Shown here: positions 23,982-37,290 of the stretch, one piece after another
How the letters are laid out: each line of letters begins with the position of its first letter
Position numbering within the stretch: the stretch's first letter is position 1
NCBI RefSeq assembly: GCF_006345805.1
Contig: NC_042997.1
Location: 109,988,001-110,052,000, forward strand
Reading direction: 5' to 3'
Origin: Octopus sinensis
Lineage: Eukaryota
Length of the DNA stretch: 64,000 nt
Translations under genes and position numbers: made by a program
The notes under the pieces: model-generated
The model's input: the letters and a program-made list of their open reading frames with translations, nothing else
Database searches by the model: none
Told to the model about the DNA's origin: nothing

Positions 23982-23983
23982 TT

Positions 23984-24270
23984 TAGATAGATTTCTTTAT
24001 TAGCCGCGCAGGGCCGAACATATAGGGGACAATAAATGTAGAATTGTTCTTTTCGAAAACGATCAAAAGGGATCGAAAACTTTTTGGGACGTGTACACAA
24101 GGAAATAACAAAAGTGTCGTTAGTAACAATTAGATTTCCCAAAAGGGGGAGTAAATATAATACTGACTAGGTTTATCCGTGGAAAGTAAACCTATGAAAA
24201 AATAACCACGGTAACCTTGGAAAGACTAAACAATAACATGAGAGCAATGTGCTCTTTCTTTGTTTTGTAG
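23984..24270 (-). mobile_element. Older Tx1/L1 3' UTR fragment
   Basis: Similar to 8198-8450 (TTTCTTTATTAGCC.C.CAGGGCCGAACA; TTTATCCGTGGAAAG...ACCACGGTAAC). Confidence 0.75.
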
Positions 24271-24733
24271 GATCATGCTCAAGAAAAAGCTTTTTACCAA
24301 CCAACCCTGTGACCTGATGGTAAATAATTATTTGCTCTTAACATATTGGGTTTCTAGACTATTTTCTAAGCTATTGGGCTTCTAGACTATTTGCCATGTT
24401 TTCTTGCCTTTTCCTTCTTCCTTTTGTTTATATCATATACTTTTGTTATTCACTCTGATGAAGATCCGTTGCCTTAATTCGAATGCCCTATGAAAATGAA
24501 GAACTTTATTCTAGCATTTATGTATAGACTGTATTTTGGCAATCCGATCAGTAACAGCCATAAGATATGTTACGTCACCTATTTTATTATGTCATGCTTT
24601 GTATTAAAAGAAATAAGCTATAAATGTGGTCCAACCGATGTGTTGGTTAATCTCTGGTTTTCTCCATTTTCTAATTATTTGCATATATATATATAAATAT
24701 GTATGTATGTATGTGTGTATGTATGTATGTATG

Positions 24734-24778
<45 letters not shown>

Positions 24779-25962
24779 ATATATGGTATATACATATATA
24801 AAGATATATATATATATATATATATGTATGTGTCTGTGTGTGTGTCTGTATGTATGCATGTATGTATATGTCTGTACGAGAGTATGTGCCATTCCACGCC
24901 TTCCTCAGTGAAAGATTTACACCAATGAGACCCATGCCAAGAATATAGTGCCATCGCTGTTTGTAGTAACCTTTCCGATTCCTTATTTCCTGCATCGTGT
25001 GCTCCGGCTTTTTAGAGTTAAATCTTTTTGGACTTTAGACACAGGCCGAGATCCGAGCTAAACACCTTTTAATCACCAATACACGAGGTATTGTCGACAT
25101 ATACAGCTCCCTGTATCATTTTATTTTCATGTATATGCATTGTTAGAATGTGAACATTGATATGTTTAAAAGATCTATGAATGCTAACAGCGACAGCAAC
25201 AAGTACCATCAACACAGTGCAGTAACGGAATATTGCTTGACCAAAGGAAAAAGAAGAAAAAAGTGAAAAAAAGGACATTAGCAGAAGAATTAACATATGA
25301 AAGAGAAGAAGAGATTCGGAGATCAAGTTTGGAACGCTGTTGAATTGGCAGATGAAATGCTAAGAAGGAAGGAACGATATTACCGAAGACCAAGTATGCT
25401 AAAATACGGCAAAAGACTTTCTACCAGATAATAGCAAATACACGGTTAGGCTATAATTGCATATACATATGTAATCATATACATGTGTTTGTGTATATAT
25501 AGTCTGATGACAAGGCGACGGAAGTAATTCCACCGCATCTGTCTAAGCTGCGATATATCTAACTACATACAAACAAACTCATCTATATGAATATAAATAT
25601 ATTTATGTATGTATCATAGATTATATGTTATATATTTTGTATATATTATAGAAGATATGCGAGTAGCCTATTATATTTTCGCAACTGTGTATGGGTATGC
25701 TCATACATGGAAATGTGAGTATGTGTGCATGTGTCTGTATCCATGTAAAGAGGCTGATTAAACGATGCCAAACTTCTCTTGAGAAGGAAATTAAATTCGT
25801 CATAAGATAATAGTGGAATGGTATGATGGATGGTAACAGACAAGAAATAAATAACTAAATATGCAACGGTAAAAAGCAACAGACACAGACACACGTACTC
25901 ACGCATGTACACATGTGTGTGCGTGCGTGTGCGTATGTGTGTGTGTGAGTGTGTGTGTGTGT

Positions 25963-26010
<48 letters not shown>

Positions 26011-26533
26011 GCGTGTCGTAGTATGTGCGCCATTGTGTGTCTGTGTGTCTCGAAAGCAACATATAAAACACAATTTGCGGGAAGAGAATCGATTAAGTAT
26101 TTTCGATTTGAAGTATTAAGAGTGTCAAAATAGAAGCTGGAACTATTCTTTGGCCAAATCTAAGGAATATGTCTGATGAGAGTGAACAATGTACTCATTG
26201 GAGCACTTAATAAGATCATTAACACCAAATCGATAGCAATATACGGGAAATAACCACAAATACCAAACTGGAAATAATTCGTTTCATTCTTCTTCTCAAC
26301 TCTCGCAACGAACTGACTTAAAGAGCGACACGCTAGTCCCATTTACTAACAACACACACACACACACTGTTATATGTGTTTCTTTTTTATTATGATAACT
26401 GCTACATAATTCTCCGATTGTGTGATGTCTTTCACGGAATCTATACACCACTCGATGTTCTCTTTATGAAATTACTTTGTCATGTTATTCCCAACTATCA
26501 TAACTAGTTCTTTTTATGACAACGCCCATTACT

Positions 26534-26598
<65 letters not shown>

Positions 26599-27540
26599 AT
26601 AGCGTCGTCGCAATTCCATTTTATTTTGCTAGTTTTGCTTTTCCCATTATTGTTCCAAGAAGACCATATTTTCGTTGAAAGAATGTTATCAATTATTGAG
26701 TCACACTGTGACTCGAAAGAAAAAAAGGAAAAACGAGAAACGTCATGGCGCTGTTGCCATTTATTTTCTTCGTCATGTGCTCTACTTAATTCAGACAGAT
26801 TTCTAAAGCCAAATTAGGTAAATTATGCCACTGGATTATGTATGGGAATTACGTTTTGAAGAAGAGTTGTCAATAAAATCAAAGACTTTCGGTTCCATCA
26901 CTGAGTATATTTATCCAGTGAGACAAAGAGAATTCCAAGAAGAATATGCATTCAAGACTATTGTTATTTTTGTAGATATTTATGAAGGTACTATTGTTTA
27001 TCCTGTAATAAACAGATTATTGTGTGAGAGATATCTGATATATGAATGACGGTTGTACTAGCAACTGGATAAACCTTTTGGATTAAGTTTATTCTTTTTG
27101 CCCAGTAAATATTTTGATTCCATGATTTTACGGTACCAAGTATGTTGTCTCTTTGCTAAAAAATTGCAACTACAAATAATGCAGAATAACCAAATATATT
27201 TCTTACACATTAAACTGATTCCTTCCAGAGGCGAGCGGAACGCTGACTCCAAAGCCTTATTTAATAATAGAATTCAATGTACATCTGAAACAGTACGGAG
27301 ATTATATGCTCTTGGATTTAACTCTCCAATATTTTTAATAATTTACAAGATCATCGATGCTGCATCTTTAATTCTCTCTCTAAGTTCCACCAATATCGGT
27401 CATTCACCAAGATTATGCTCTTCGACAAAATATATTTTCTGTTATAACACTCCTGTGCCTTAATGTTTTCTTGATACTAAAAACAGGAAAACTACGAAGT
27501 GAGATTCACTGGTTCTTAAGACATTTTCATATCTTACCGT

Positions 27541-27767
27541 AAGGAGAGCGGCGAGCCGGCAGAATGATTAACACGCGGGGAAATGCTTAGCGGCATTTCG
27601 TCCGTCTTTACGTTCTGAGTTCAAAATCCGCCGAGGTCCACTTTGCCTTTCTTTATTGGGGTCGATAAAATAAGTAGCAGTTGAGCACATGAATCGGTGT
27701 AATCGGCTTAGTCCCCCACCACAACCCCGAATTTTCTGGCCGTGTGCCAAAATCTGAAACCAATATT
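27541..27767 (+). mobile_element. SINE F1 (tail type B)
   Basis: F1 head and central domain; tail AATTTTCTGGCCGTGTGCCAAAATCTGAAACC. Confidence 0.85.
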
Positions 27768-27819
27768 GTCCAGGGACAGATAAGGAGACCCTCCTTGTTA
27801 TTGAATAAACATAGACATC

Positions 27820-28195
27820 GACGCAAGGAATATTGGTAAAACTTCAACCGAGTACACTCACAACAGGCCCGATATTGCTGTTTGGGACAGGGAAGAAAAA
27901 GTATGAACAGTTATACGAAACAGCTCCCTTGATGTGAATATTTCTATGAAAACCAAAGAGAAAGGGGATAACCACGGATAATTCCTTTGAAACATCCAGC
28001 TTCTATATCCGGATTATAAAAGCGCATTTATACAAATGCATGCACCTGGTTTTGAGAACAAATGCCTAAGAGACAATCTGGAAAAGCTATGGTTTTCAGA
28101 AAAAGAAATCAACCAGTTAGAACATATATTATAATTCAATCTGTAAGCGGAACAATAAAAACCTGCAAGACTTTTCGCAAGTTCAGCATATGACT
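27820..28195 (+). mobile_element. R4/Dong-like RLE C-terminal fragment
   Basis: THNRPDIAVWDREEK...PLDVNISMKTKEK...LYPDYK...KCLRDNLEKL...IQSVSGTIKTCKTFRKF, with stops and frameshifts. Confidence 0.8.
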
Positions 28196-28629
28196 GGTTT
28201 TTTTTATCTACATTCTATTGGTGAAGTTTTGTATCTTTGTTAGCAACAAGTTCCATTCCTTTAGGGAAGTTTCAAATAATCAAAAATGCATCTCGTACAT
28301 ATGCCTTAGAAAGTGTCTGCGTGGATATATTATATACAGGAGAAATTATGATAAGCATAAGTTAATATCATTTTTTCCTTACTTACCTTTCACCATTCTG
28401 GTTATTTTGCAGCCGTACGTCAAACTGTACACGTCCTTTTTTTATTTAGTAATTTTTATAGCACAACAATTATTTTCTTTACTAAATTTTATTATATAAA
28501 AATTTATTAGAAGAGTTAAAGAAACGAAAAAAAACAGCAATTAAGGAAAATAAATTGCAGTAGTTTTATGAAATGTATAAAGTATTGTTCCATCAAAACA
28601 ACGTAATTTATTATGATAAAAAAATTGAT

Positions 28630-29009
28630 TAACATGTTCAAAAGGCTCCCCTTCGATTTTAGTACAATACTGAACACTGCCGGAAACACTTCTACAAACC
28701 TTTTCACATATTTCCCCGTTAATCGTAGAAAATGTATCAGAAATTGCTTGTTTTAACTCAGGAATTGGTTTTGGTTTCAGGGAATAAACAAGATTTTTCA
28801 ATACACTCCACAAGATAAAATCAGGTGGTGTCAGGTCTGGTGATCGTGATGGCCCCTCAATTGCTCCACGTCGTCCTATACACCTCACCTCAAAATTAAG
28901 ATTTAACCATTCCTAAACGTTTAACCCACAGTGAGGCCATGCACCATTCTGTACAAAGAAAATTATTTAAAAAACAAATAAGAAAGGGCGTTACTTCTGC
29001 CGCACCCCG
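28630..29009 (-). mobile_element. Internally deleted Tc1/mariner-superfamily transposon (transposase C-terminus plus one TIR)
   Basis: QNGAWPH..NV*EWL...IGRRGAIEGPSRSPDLTPPDFILWSVLKNLVY...GEPFEH; TIR-like CGGGGTGCGGCAGAAGTAACGCCC next to TA at 29010-29011. Confidence 0.85.
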
Positions 29010-29159
29010 TATATCGTATATCTGTCTATAGAATGTCGCACATTATGGGTCTGCTACTTGGTAATAACAGCTCTTGTATAAATCTACCATTATCGTCAAA
29101 CATCTACTGCTGTTACCGCTGCTACAATTACTACTACTAGTACCACCTTTATTAATGAG

Positions 29160-29370
29160 GGTGATAGTTTGGCAGAATCTTCAGAGCGTCGGATAAAATG
29201 GAATGTGACATTTGTTCCGGCTCTTCAGGTTTTGAATTCAAATGACGCTGAGATCAGCTCTGTCAACTTTTCGGAGTCGATAAAATAAAGTACAAATCGA
29301 TAAATGAGATCAATGTAACCGACTGACCCCTTCCCCTCAAAATTATTGGCATTGTTCGTAAATTAATAAT
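29160..29370 (+). mobile_element. Old SINE F1-B copy
   Basis: Degenerate TGGCAGAATC head, GAATTCAAAT B-box, GAGTCGATAAAATAAAGTAC domain, CCCTCAAAATTATTGGC tail. Confidence 0.7.
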
Positions 29371-29384
29371 TATTAGATTTATGG

Positions 29385-30005
29385 TAGCAGATTAAGCAGG
29401 ATTGTTAAAGAGTCGATCTTTTTTTACGTTCTTTTACTCTCTGATTTCGAATTCGGCAGAGTTTAATTTTGCCTTTCATCGTTTGTTGTTTGATGAGATA
29501 TAATACCTATTTCTTTACTACCCACAAGGGGCTAAACACAGAGGGGACAAACAAGGACAGACAAACGGATTCAGTCGATTATATCGACCCCAGTGCGTAA
29601 CTGGTACTTAATTTATCGACCTTGAAAGGATGAAAGGGAAAGTCGACCTCAGCGGAATTTGAACTCAGAACGTAGGGGCAGACGAAATACGGCTAAGCAT
29701 TTCGCCCGGCGTGCTAACGTTTCTGCCAGCTCGTCGCCTTCCAGCTTAGACATAATATTTTTTCCAGCTTAGACACAAAGTTAAATATTTTAGGGGGAGG
29801 AAAGGATTAGGCAACTAATTCGACCCCCAGTATTTGACAGCTATTATATCTCGAAAGGATTAGGCAACTAATTCGACCCCAGTATATGACATTATTATAT
29901 GTTGATGAGATATAATACCAGTCAAATACTGGGGTCGAATTAGTTGCCTAACCCTTTCCTCCCCCTAAAATATTTAACTTTGTGTCTAAGCTGGAAAAAA
30001 ATTAT
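29385..30005. mobile_element. F1-B host containing a full-length antisense F1-A (29508-29740) and an inverted copy of the host 3' half
   Basis: 18-bp direct repeat TTGATGAGATATAATACC at 29490-29507 and 29902-29919; 29753-29852 is the reverse complement of 29907-30005. Confidence 0.85.
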
Positions 30006-31685
30006 CGATGTTATTACCACAGCAACCAAAACCCTAACCATTACTTCACATCTGGTATCGATCGCCGTTGTAAACCCTGACAGGGAATATTTAACTGCAT
30101 CGGAATAGTTTCCATTGTCATCTGGTATTAACACATAGAGGGAATTTTTAACTATACCACAACAACATATCTATTTTATATTTTTTCATTAACATGTTGC
30201 CAGCATCACTTCCAGAGAAGTGAACTATGGAATACTATAACAAGACATTGTAGAAAACAGCAGAAGCTAGCGGTGAAGTTTATAGCAATGGAACTGTAGC
30301 AGCAGCCAACACAGTAATTGCAATTTCATCGCCAGACAAAGAAACTGTGACACAAAAGAGACCTTAAATGCGATGAGGCGAGAAAGGATTTATAAAGCTG
30401 TTCCCTGGTCAATGGATTAATCAAACGGACAGAAGCCCAAATATTCAGTGAATAAGGCTTAAAGAAACTTTTCTTCAGAGCGCCATAGATTGAGCTTTGA
30501 AATGTCGTGAATGGCACTAACTAAGATCCAGTCTAAAAGTATGTTATTATTGAATTATCAGAGAAGGGAGCCTTTTTAACGGTTCTCTGGCCTTCGTAGA
30601 GGAGTAGAGGTGTCTGTTTGTATCATAATGACGTGTTGTAATTGCGGTGCGTGGGGTTTATCGCTTCTTGTGTACATTAGATAATGTCCGTGTTACTACC
30701 ATTTGTTTAGGACACGGAAAAGATAACAATATTAGCAACGATTGGACATTATTTGCAAATAGATTTTGGCAGTTGTTTTCTGAAAGATGTTAATCAGATC
30801 GAATAAAAGATGTTTGTTCTGAGAAGAATCAATAACTGTCACAAAAGATCAGATATCGGATTCGGGATAAACAAGGATAATTTTGGCAAATATTGAACCG
30901 AACAAATACGACTATTTGGCGAAGGTAGGTGCCGACCTCCAGCTGGATTGTTTGTTATTCCAGAACCCAATGATTCAACCCACCCACACATACTTGTCTT
31001 TATCCTTATCTATACAGACTCAAATCACATTTTCTTGTTCAAGAAACATTACCGATACTTCTTCATTTAAATATTCTTATACTCTCATTCGCTGTTTCTG
31101 TTTGTCGTTCTATGAAGCTATCAGTCAGCGGCCATATTTCCTTGTTAACATTCATTTTCTTTGCTTCTGTTTCGCTTCCGCTATTTTCCTCCTCGTCCCC
31201 CTCCTCTTTATTTATTATGAACACAGAGCGGACATGTTTTCTACAGATGTTCACTTGCGATTGTTCTTTGCTTTTATCCAAGACACCTTAAATAGATTCC
31301 ACGGCGGACGCTACACCTTTCAATAGATCTATTTGCTTCATTTTAAAATTAGACTAACAGAAGATATTTTAAGAACAACTGTGTATGAATAGACACACAC
31401 ACAGAGGCAGGGGGAACATATAGAAATGCATGTATATATATATATATATATACATGTATATATATGTATATACACACACATGTATATATATGTATATATG
31501 CATATATATATATATACACACATATATATATACATATATATATATACATACATATATATATACATATATATATATGCATATATATATACATATATATTAT
31601 ATATAATATACATATATATATATATACATATATATATGTATATATATTATATATATATATATATATATAAAGTATATATATATAC

Positions 31686-31720
<35 letters not shown>

Positions 31721-31748
31721 TGTATGTATACATCCTTTAATCCTTTAA

Positions 31749-31932
31749 TTTGTTTCAGTCATTTGACTGTGGCCAGGCTGGAGCACCGCCTTTAGTTGAG
31801 CAAATGGACCCCAGGACTTATTCTTTGTAAGCCTAGTACTTATTCTATCGTCTCTTTTGCCGAACCGCTAGGTTACGGGGGCGTAAACACACCATCATCG
31901 GTTGTCAAGCGATGCTGGGATGACAAACACAG

Positions 31933-32020
<88 letters not shown>

Positions 32021-32206
32021 GACGGGATTCTTTCAGCTTCCTTCTACCAAATCCAAGGCTTTGATCGGCCCCAGGCTATATTAGAAGACACTTGCCAACG
32101 GTGGGAACTGAACCCGGAACTATGTCGTTGGTAAGCAACCACATTGAGGCTGAACCCGGAACCATGTGGTTGGTAAACAAGCTACTTACCACACAGCCAC
32201 TCCTAC
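31749..32206 (-). mobile_element. Full-length SINE F2
   Basis: Sense strand: AGGAGTGGCTGTGTGGTAAG A-box, GGTTCAG(T/C) B-box region (duplicated here), GGCAAGTGTCTTCT core, internal (AT)n(GT)n, tail GCTCCAGC.TGGCC.CAGTCAAATGACTGAAAC. Confidence 0.92.
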
Positions 32207-32443
32207 GCGTATACACAATAATATGTTATCAAACATATACGCACATACACCATAATATATTACGCATGGAAATGGGAGTGAATATTGTCACTGTATACGT
32301 GCAAACACAGATGCACACAGGGATGTTTTGAGATTGTTTCACAGAGCAATGGGTTGCTTTGTGAAGACCGAGGCCGAAAGAGAAATGCAGTATTTTATTT
32401 GTAGGGTTAATGATCTATGCATATGTATATATATATATATTAA

Positions 32444-32480
<37 letters not shown>

Positions 32481-32660
32481 ATATATATTATATATATAAT
32501 ATATATATAGGGATATATATACATACAAGTGAGTAAATATACCTGCATATACAACACACACACGGGAATATACACATATCTTTCTCACACACGATTACAC
32601 ACACTCATATGTGTACGTGTGTGTGTGAATGCGTGTGTGTGTGTGTGTGTATGTGTGTGT

Positions 32661-32912
32661 ATCGTTGCTATTATGTTAAGCTGTCGTATGTCCAAATTTG
32701 ACCAAACGCATTTTTTTCAATATTTATTTTTGCTTGCAATAGCCAGTTCTTTTGGTCAAACTATCATATCTCCAGCTGCTTTAGGTGCCAAGATATCAAA
32801 AATTGTCAAAGTGTATTACAACGGTTTTGCTATGGAATGGTGAAACTATCTTTTTCGTTTTCTGAAAAAGCATAATTTCGGACTTACGATACTTTTGCAT
32901 AATAGCAACGAT
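32661..32912. mobile_element. MITE, 15-bp TIR ATCGTTGCTATTATG, copy 1
   Basis: TIR pair seen directly; internal sequence homologous to 56855-57098. Confidence 0.85.
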
Positions 32913-32937
32913 GTGTGTGTGTGCGTGCGTGCGTGCT

Positions 32938-32978
<41 letters not shown>

Positions 32979-34229
32979 AGCAGAGGAGTCAGATGCCGTT
33001 GGACACCGGACCAAATAGCAAAGACATTTAGATGCACTTCATTCCTTAATAAACAGACGCTTTTAATTCGCTTCTCATTAACGCAAAACTATAATGTGCT
33101 AATTGTTCAGTGGTTACCATAGCGACAGCTACGTCATGAACAAAGCGAATTGTACTTTTAGAGCGCCATAGAATTACGTTTATCGTCTTCCATGAGCATC
33201 CGATGATGGTGTAAGTATTGCAATATTCAATAGCTCAGAGTGGACAGTGGCAGGTATTTGAACAGTATAGAACAAATATGGTATATCAAATACCATACAA
33301 TTAAAATTTTTGATTTGCTTAAATTATTTCCACCTCTCATAATTACCAAACGACAATTAAGACTAGTTGCATATGACAAGGCAGGATAGTCTCAAGAATC
33401 AATTTTCTCCAAAGCTGATTTACCGTTAAGGAAAAGAGCAGGTTTATTGTCTGAAGATAAAGAGGACAGTCGTGACACGTGTTTCTACCTCGATAGGTGT
33501 CGTTAGCACGGCTAATTTATTATAAATACATACCGAGTGTAGACAAGCAGAAATAAATTTTAGCTGAATCAAATCTGCAACGGTTGGATGACACTTTATC
33601 ACTTGTGGTCGGTCGTTAGTGTTTTCGAGGAGGTTATGAATCTCACCATTTGTTTTACGACTAATCTATAAACCTAAGGCTTTGTGTAGGGGTCAGGAGA
33701 GAACCATGTTACTCAAACGTTGCTGAGTCAATGTCGATGAAATATCAATTAAACCCCTACGACGATAGTTCGACCTTCATTCACACATTGAATGCATTAC
33801 AAAAGATATGATTGTCACAACTTCTCTTTCGTGAAGTATTCTACAATGAAATAATTACATAAGAAGCACCTATAATTCAACGATATTATATGTAATTTCA
33901 GAGTTTTATCCTTGCTGTTCGTTAAAGTACAATTGTTCACAGTATTTGTTCAATGGAAAATCTCACCATTTTTCTACAGAATCCTTTCCATCTGCCTCTC
34001 CTCTTTTTGTCTCTCTTTCATAATTTCTTTCTCATTTATTTTGATTTTGTCCATGTAAATCTTTATTCAACACTCACCCGTTTCTCCACCACCTTCTACT
34101 ACCAATATATCTCAAACTACACAAATCTGTCCTCAATCTCTTACACCAAAAATCACTACCTCCACCACCGCCATAATCCTCGTTATGGCAGTATTGTCAT
34201 CGTTATCTCTATTATTCACCACCTCCTCT

Positions 34230-36740
34230 TAATAATGTTCTCCTTGTTAGATTTTGTATGCTGGGTGGTCATGAGAACTGGGTGTTATCACCAAAACAAT
34301 TGAAGTTCATCACCTTTCATGAGTAACACAGCAAAGAAGATAGTCTGCCTCGTTTTCGTTTTTTGTTGACACTTAATCATTCCTCAGGTTGACCCTCCAG
34401 TTCGTGGCCAAAGCTTGGTCTTGCACTGCCAGTATATTGCTCTCGGTCTCTTTTTTTTTAGGGTTCTTTTCCTCAGCCAATCCCACCTATTTTTTCCAGC
34501 AACTTATGTTGTGGCTGCATGGAATTGATTGTGCGGTCCCTTCTTTAGTAATTCTTCTTCGTGACCTTTTTGTATTTCTTCCTTGCTTTCCCTTTTTTCT
34601 CTGCTCTCAATACTCCCTCATTCCTAACTGTCACTAGCAAGCTTTTCTTACTTTGGGATAGGAATCTCATTAAACTCTCAAGTTCGATACCCACGCAGTC
34701 TTCCACATTTATAAGCCCTGTTCCTCCATTTCCTTTCTTCATATACAGGCGATCAGTATCTGTACTTGGACGATAGGCTGCATGCATCGTTGGGAGCTTT
34801 CTTGGTTTCCTGTCCATTTCATTTAGCTTCTTCTCTGTCCACTTCAGGATTCCAGCTCCATAACGAACTGCTGCAACGGCGAGCGAGTTTATTGCCGAAA
34901 TTATGTTTCTGGCATTTAGCTTTGAAGCCAATATTTTTCTCACTTGCCGCAGGTACTTTCTTTTTTTGACTTTTCCTTCATGTCATTGTATTTGATTCCA
35001 TCTGCTTCAAATATTTCCTGGTATTTATCACTGGATTGAGGTCGAATTTCTTTCATCATTTCACCACTTGGCAACCATATGCTTTCTGTCCTGGCAAGCT
35101 TTCCTCGTCTCATCATCATGGTAGCACATTTTGAGAGTCCAAACTCCATTTTAATATCACTGGAGAAAATCCACACAGACTGGACTGGGCTGTCCAGTTC
35201 TGCCTCATTTTTGTGAATAGTTTCAGGCCGTCCATGAATAACAAGTGGAGTAGTTTTCTCTTACCTCTTCCGAGATCATACCCCAACTTTGTTTTCTGTA
35301 GTATTTCACTCAAGGGGATCATTCCCAGCAAAAAGATTAGTGGGGACACACTGTTCCCTTGGAATATTCCTCTCTTGATCTTCACCTCTCCTAACACTTG
35401 ATACCCTACTGTCAATTCCGTTCTCCAGCATTTCATGCTATTCCATATAAGGCTTCTCATATTCTCTGCTAGTCCATACATTTCTATTGTTCTTATTATC
35501 CAGGAGTGTGGTATCAATCCATTCCATGCTCAGATTTGTATGTCTTCTCTTGCAGTTCCTGATAATTAGATTATCAATTAAGAGCTGATCCTTCGTTCCC
35601 CGATTCCTTTTTCGGCATCCTTTTTGCTCAATGGATAGCAGCCCACTGCTTTCCAAGTATCTGTACAGTTCATCGGTCAGAGCACATGACATTAGTCTCC
35701 ACATTAACGGAAAGCATGTTACTCGTCTAAAGTTGGACGCAACATTTCCCTTTTTTCAGGATCCTTGGCACATAACAATGTCTTCTCCTTTGTCATCCAG
35801 CTGGGTAATGCGCCTTCCTGCAAGCTTCTCATTTAGCAGCTGTGCTATCCTTTCATGGAGCATTCCTAGCTTCTTCATCCAATAACCTAGTACCCCATCC
35901 AGTCCTGGGCTCTTCCAATTTCGGAATTTTCTCAACTGCCTTTTTTTTTATCATTTCTGTAGTTATATTTATGTCTTCTATATTTTGGACTTCTATATTT
36001 CTTAACTTATCTTGGATTTCATGCAGCCACTCCGCTTCATCATTATGCTCTACAAGTTAGTCCCAGATCCCCCTCCAGAATGTCCTGCTTTCCTTTGCAT
36101 TTGGTATTATTGTTAGGTGTAATTTCCCATCCAGTTCCTGAAACAATCTGTTTCGCTTGAATCGCTTTGTTCTTTTGTCCTGTCTTTCCAGTTTTGCTTC
36201 GGTTGTTACTACTCTTTGTTTCAATTCTTCCAATATCACATCATACCCTTTATCTCTTATTTTATAAGTTCTTTCCAGAATTATTCTTACGCTTTCGTTC
36301 TGTAATTCCCCTCTTCTAAATCTATCAACTTGTCCCAAATGTCTTTTTAACTTTGCTTCTCACAAATTCGCCTGCGCTAGTATGGTCCTTTACCTTCTGT
36401 TTGTTCTTTTCTTTTGTATCCAATTCTATCTGCAGCAACCATATTTCTCTATCTGCAGCAGTTATATTTCTCGTCTGGAATAGCCCAAGAACCGAATCTA
36501 TCTTTTGGCCTTCAACTTTGAGCTTGTGTCGATCAATGTACCTCGGCTTGTGGGGGTGCTTGATCGGGTTTTCTCTAATATATCGGCACAGCGTCCTCAC
36601 TATGTCTTGTTGGTCATCAACGTATTCTTGTGATACAGCTCTTCCTATTACTTCTGATTCATTTATACTTTGCTCTACGTCTTTAATGCCGCCCTTTTTT
36701 TTTGTCTGTTCTCACTTTATCCGGACACTTTATCTGTTGG
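34230..36740 (-). mobile_element. Decayed R4/Dong-clade LINE (N-terminal region, RT, thumb, post-RT)
   Basis: EQKGCRKRNRGTKDQLLID; GIFQGNSVSPLIF; HLLFMDGLKLF; FGLSKCA; LNARNIISAINSLAV; WDWLRK..LKKETESNILAVQDQAL; many frameshifts. Confidence 0.93.
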
Positions 36741-36959
36741 TGAATTATTATTTCTATCTACTACTTTCTTTTTTTATTTTTTCTATTCCATCCATGTCTG
36801 TTAACCACCCTTTTGCTCTTATTGCTCTTGAAATTATTATTATCAATAATATTAATGTACGGCACATACATCTGATCACTATAAACAAACCTTTTGTGTA
36901 GCAGGTTGTTGGGCAAAAGAGCTGAACGCTCATACATCGTCTTCGGCGGGAGAGTCCAT

Positions 36960-37290
36960 CATTATTATTCTTGTTGTTGTTGCTGTTATGTGATTTTACG
37001 GAATTCGTGTTGCGCCTGCTTCCATTATAAAAACTTCTGGTCTACGATGAGAAGCTGTTTTGCTGCTCTTTATATTTGTTCTTCCTTTGATTTAAGGTCG
37101 TTCTGGATGAATCTTTCCAAACCCAAGCAGACATATTTCCGGCAATGTACCCTACTGCTATCGGGGATAGGATCAAATTCCTCAAAGTTTCTTCTCGAAC
37201 TTTTTCGTCACTGTTCCTTAAGCTCCCAATAATAATCGGCGGTACCATGACCTGGATAACTTCTCTGTTCCAACATGAAGATTTCATACT
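36960..37290 (-). mobile_element. R4/Dong-type extreme 3' fragment
   Basis: VMVPPIIIGSL followed by a degenerate C-terminal helix and a short AAC/AAT tail. Confidence 0.55.

Noticed and set aside
26173-26200. CTGATGA followed by a GAGT/ACTC stem
   Set aside because: No GAAA after the stem (ATTG instead), so not a hammerhead
27100-27460. Weak CR1/L2-like peptide traces on the minus strand
   Set aside because: Too degenerate to distinguish from chance by eye
30876-30930. NIEPNKYDYLAK followed by a good donor AAG|GTAGGT, resembling the Rab YDYLFK motif
   Set aside because: No in-frame ATG, a stop at 30868-30870, a poor splice acceptor, and I found no downstream GxxxxGK exon
33150-33216. Candidate small exon TTTTAG|...GATGATGGT|GTAAGT
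   Set aside because: Plausible splice sites, but no recognisable peptide and no partner exons; cannot be supported
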